From: an uncultured Acidobacteriia bacterium
Lineage (GTDB): Bacteria; Acidobacteriota; Terriglobia; Bryobacterales; Bryobacteraceae
Reading direction: 5' to 3'
NCBI GenBank assembly: GCA_903825445.1
Contig: CAIKAS010000364.1
Coordinates: forward strand, 26,298 to 90,297
Length of the DNA stretch: 64,000 nt
Below the pieces are notes generated by a model. That model ran no database searches and was not told where the DNA came from. It saw nothing but the letters and a program-made list of their open reading frames with translations. Below, in pieces: positions 62,472 through 64,000 of the stretch (position 1 is its first letter; every line of letters starts with the position of its first letter). Both the position numbers and the translations under genes were made by a program.

Positions 62472-64000
62472 ATGAAAGAAACTCAGTTTCGAGTCTTGTA
62501 TCGGCAATTCTTTTTCCGCATGGTAGATCTCGATATCCTCTCCGCCGACGCGAAAGGCGACATGGGGAAGTTGTTCGGCCAGATTGCGGCGTTATTGATC
62601 TTTCTGAGCATCTTCCTCGCCGTGATTGGAGCAGGCGTCGGGGGAGCGGGTCTGATTGCCGAATGGAGTGGCGTGCACTTCATGATTGCCACCACGATGC
62701 TGGTGGTCGAATTGGTCGCGATTCTCAGTTGGGACTCGACATTTCCGGACCGTCGCGACGTGATGGTGCTGGCGCCGCTGCCTATTCGGACACGAACGAT
62801 CTTCTTCGCCAAAGTGGCTGCGGTAGCGACGGCGCTGGGGATGACGGTTGGTATCCTGCACGTACTGGCTGGCATCGTCTGGCCTTTCTCGCTGAACCAC
62901 TACCACCGGGCCGAACCAGCCCCCGCCATTACGTTCGATTCGACAATGGCTCCGTTGGATGCTGTCAGTCTCCAGAACGTGCTCAACCATGATCTTGAAC
63001 AGGCAGTAAAGACAGGGCCGTTCGCACCAGGCACTGGCGGCGGTGCAGTAATCGGCGTTTCAAAACACGGTGTGCAGCGCGTTTTCGCTTACGGCGCGGC
63101 GAAGCCGGATTCCATCTTCGAAGTCGGATCTATCAGCAAGACGTTTACCGGCCTCATCCTGGCGCAAATGGCGGCACAGGCGAAGGTCACGCTCGACGAG
63201 CCGCTGCGCGAACTGCTGCCGCCGGATACAGTGGTCCCGCCGACGGGAGTGGAGATCACGCTGCGCGACATGGTCACGCACAAATCCGGATTGCCACGCC
63301 TGCCGAACAATGTTCATCCGGCGGGCGCGATGAATCCTAACGCTGGATACACGACGGATGATGCCTACGCTTTCATGAAGTATTGGGGAGTTACGAAGGC
63401 GCCAATCGCGCCTTTTGGATACAGCCACTATGGCATGGGCCTTTTAGGTCAGGCGCTGGCGAACCGCGCCGGCCGGAGTTACGCGGAGCTGGTGCGTGAG
63501 CAGATCACGGAACCGCTGGGAATGCGGGATACAGTTCTGCATCTCTCCGAGAGGCAGGAGGGCAGAGTGATCCTGGGATATGCCGCGCCTGGGCGGATCG
63601 CCGATGCAATAGACGCCGATGGCATGCCGGGAGCGATGGGGATTCGCTCGACAGCCGGGGATCTTCTCCGATACCTGGTGGCGAATTTGCATCCGGAGAC
63701 AATCAGGGACGCAGGCACTCTGCCGACCGCGTTGACGGCTTCGCACAAGTTGCAGACGGACGTGATGCCCGGCTGGCGCATGGCTATGGCCTGGTTCTAC
63801 GATTCCGATACAGAGACGTATTTTCATGGCGGCGCGACGGCTGGCTTTACGAGCTACAGCTTCTTCCGGCCCAAGGACGACAGTGCCGCCGTCATTCTGA
63901 TCAATGGGAGCCCGGACACGTTCGCGCTTTACAACGTGCTGGCCGAACATGTGCGGGCGCGACTGGCGGGCGAACCGGCGATTTCGCTGGACGTGGTCAT
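62472..64000 (+). CDS. membrane-anchored serine hydrolase (class C beta-lactamase/esterase family), partial at window end
   Basis: Absent from the ORF track because there is no stop inside the window. My translation from ATG 62472 is open to 64000. The N-terminal ~140 aa has 3-4 TM segments. It then has SxxK (GSISKTF), YSHYG and HGGATAGF motifs of the beta-lactamase-fold serine hydrolases. Confidence 0.7.
   Translation, partial: MKETQFRVLYRQFFFRMVDLDILSADAKGDMGKLFGQIAALLIFLSIFLAVIGAGVGGAGLIAEWSGVHFMIATTMLVVELVAILSWDSTFPDRRDVMVLAPLPIRTRTIFFAKVAAVATALGMTVGILHVLAGIVWPFSLNHYHRAEPAPAITFDSTMAPLDAVSLQNVLNHDLEQAVKTGPFAPGTGGGAVIGVSKHGVQRVFAYGAAKPDSIFEVGSISKTFTGLILAQMAAQAKVTLDEPLRELLPPDTVVPPTGVEITLRDMVTHKSGLPRLPNNVHPAGAMNPNAGYTTDDAYAFMKYWGVTKAPIAPFGYSHYGMGLLGQALANRAGRSYAELVREQITEPLGMRDTVLHLSERQEGRVILGYAAPGRIADAIDADGMPGAMGIRSTAGDLLRYLVANLHPETIRDAGTLPTALTASHKLQTDVMPGWRMAMAWFYDSDTETYFHGGATAGFTSYSFFRPKDDSAAVILINGSPDTFALYNVLAEHVRARLAGEPAISLDVV

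Overview
GC-rich chromosomal segment whose gene content suggests Acidobacteriota of the Solibacter/Bryobacter type (inference). The pointers are TIGR03435- and TIGR03436-like proteins, a PEP-CTERM protein, a CarboxypepD_reg-type TonB-dependent receptor, PadR-linked membrane proteins, and DUF1592/DUF1552 and DUF1800/DUF1501 gene pairs. I can support about 57 protein-coding genes, two of them running off the window edges, plus several hairpins, promoter-like elements and repeats. I found no rRNA, tRNA, CRISPR array, transposase or integrase. The main points of interest are: (1) At 47.8-50.3 kb, a family 2A encapsulin shell gene overlaps a SufS-type cysteine desulfurase. The desulfurase has a ~140-aa disordered N-terminal extension carrying an exact LARLANEFFS cargo-loading motif. 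(2) At 34.0-44.1 kb, a tightly packed ten-gene plus-strand operon: TonB-dependent receptor, CxxCH protein, TlpA-like thioredoxin, DsbD-alpha-like protein, a secreted unknown, a DUF6152-like protein and four tandem paralogous His-containing membrane proteins. A second TlpA-like paralogue is transcribed divergently from the encapsulin operon. (3) At 8.3-11.1 kb, an orphan MotA/ExbB-like protein with large extensions and two ExbD-like partners, with two tandem 30-bp hairpin repeats between the genes. (4) At 53.2-58.7 kb, an alternative-complex-III-like cluster (actA-B1-B2-C-D-E, no actF). It follows an 825-bp non-coding region containing helically phased CCCATT-CCGG repeats. (5) A periplasmic TPR-CHAT protease gene divergent from a long-linker ECF-like sigma/anti-sigma pair. 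(6) An 18-bp perfect inverted repeat made of nested PadR-type ATGT-N8-ACAT half-operators between padR and a doxX-ABC operon. All functional calls rest on motif recognition from memory. No database search was possible.
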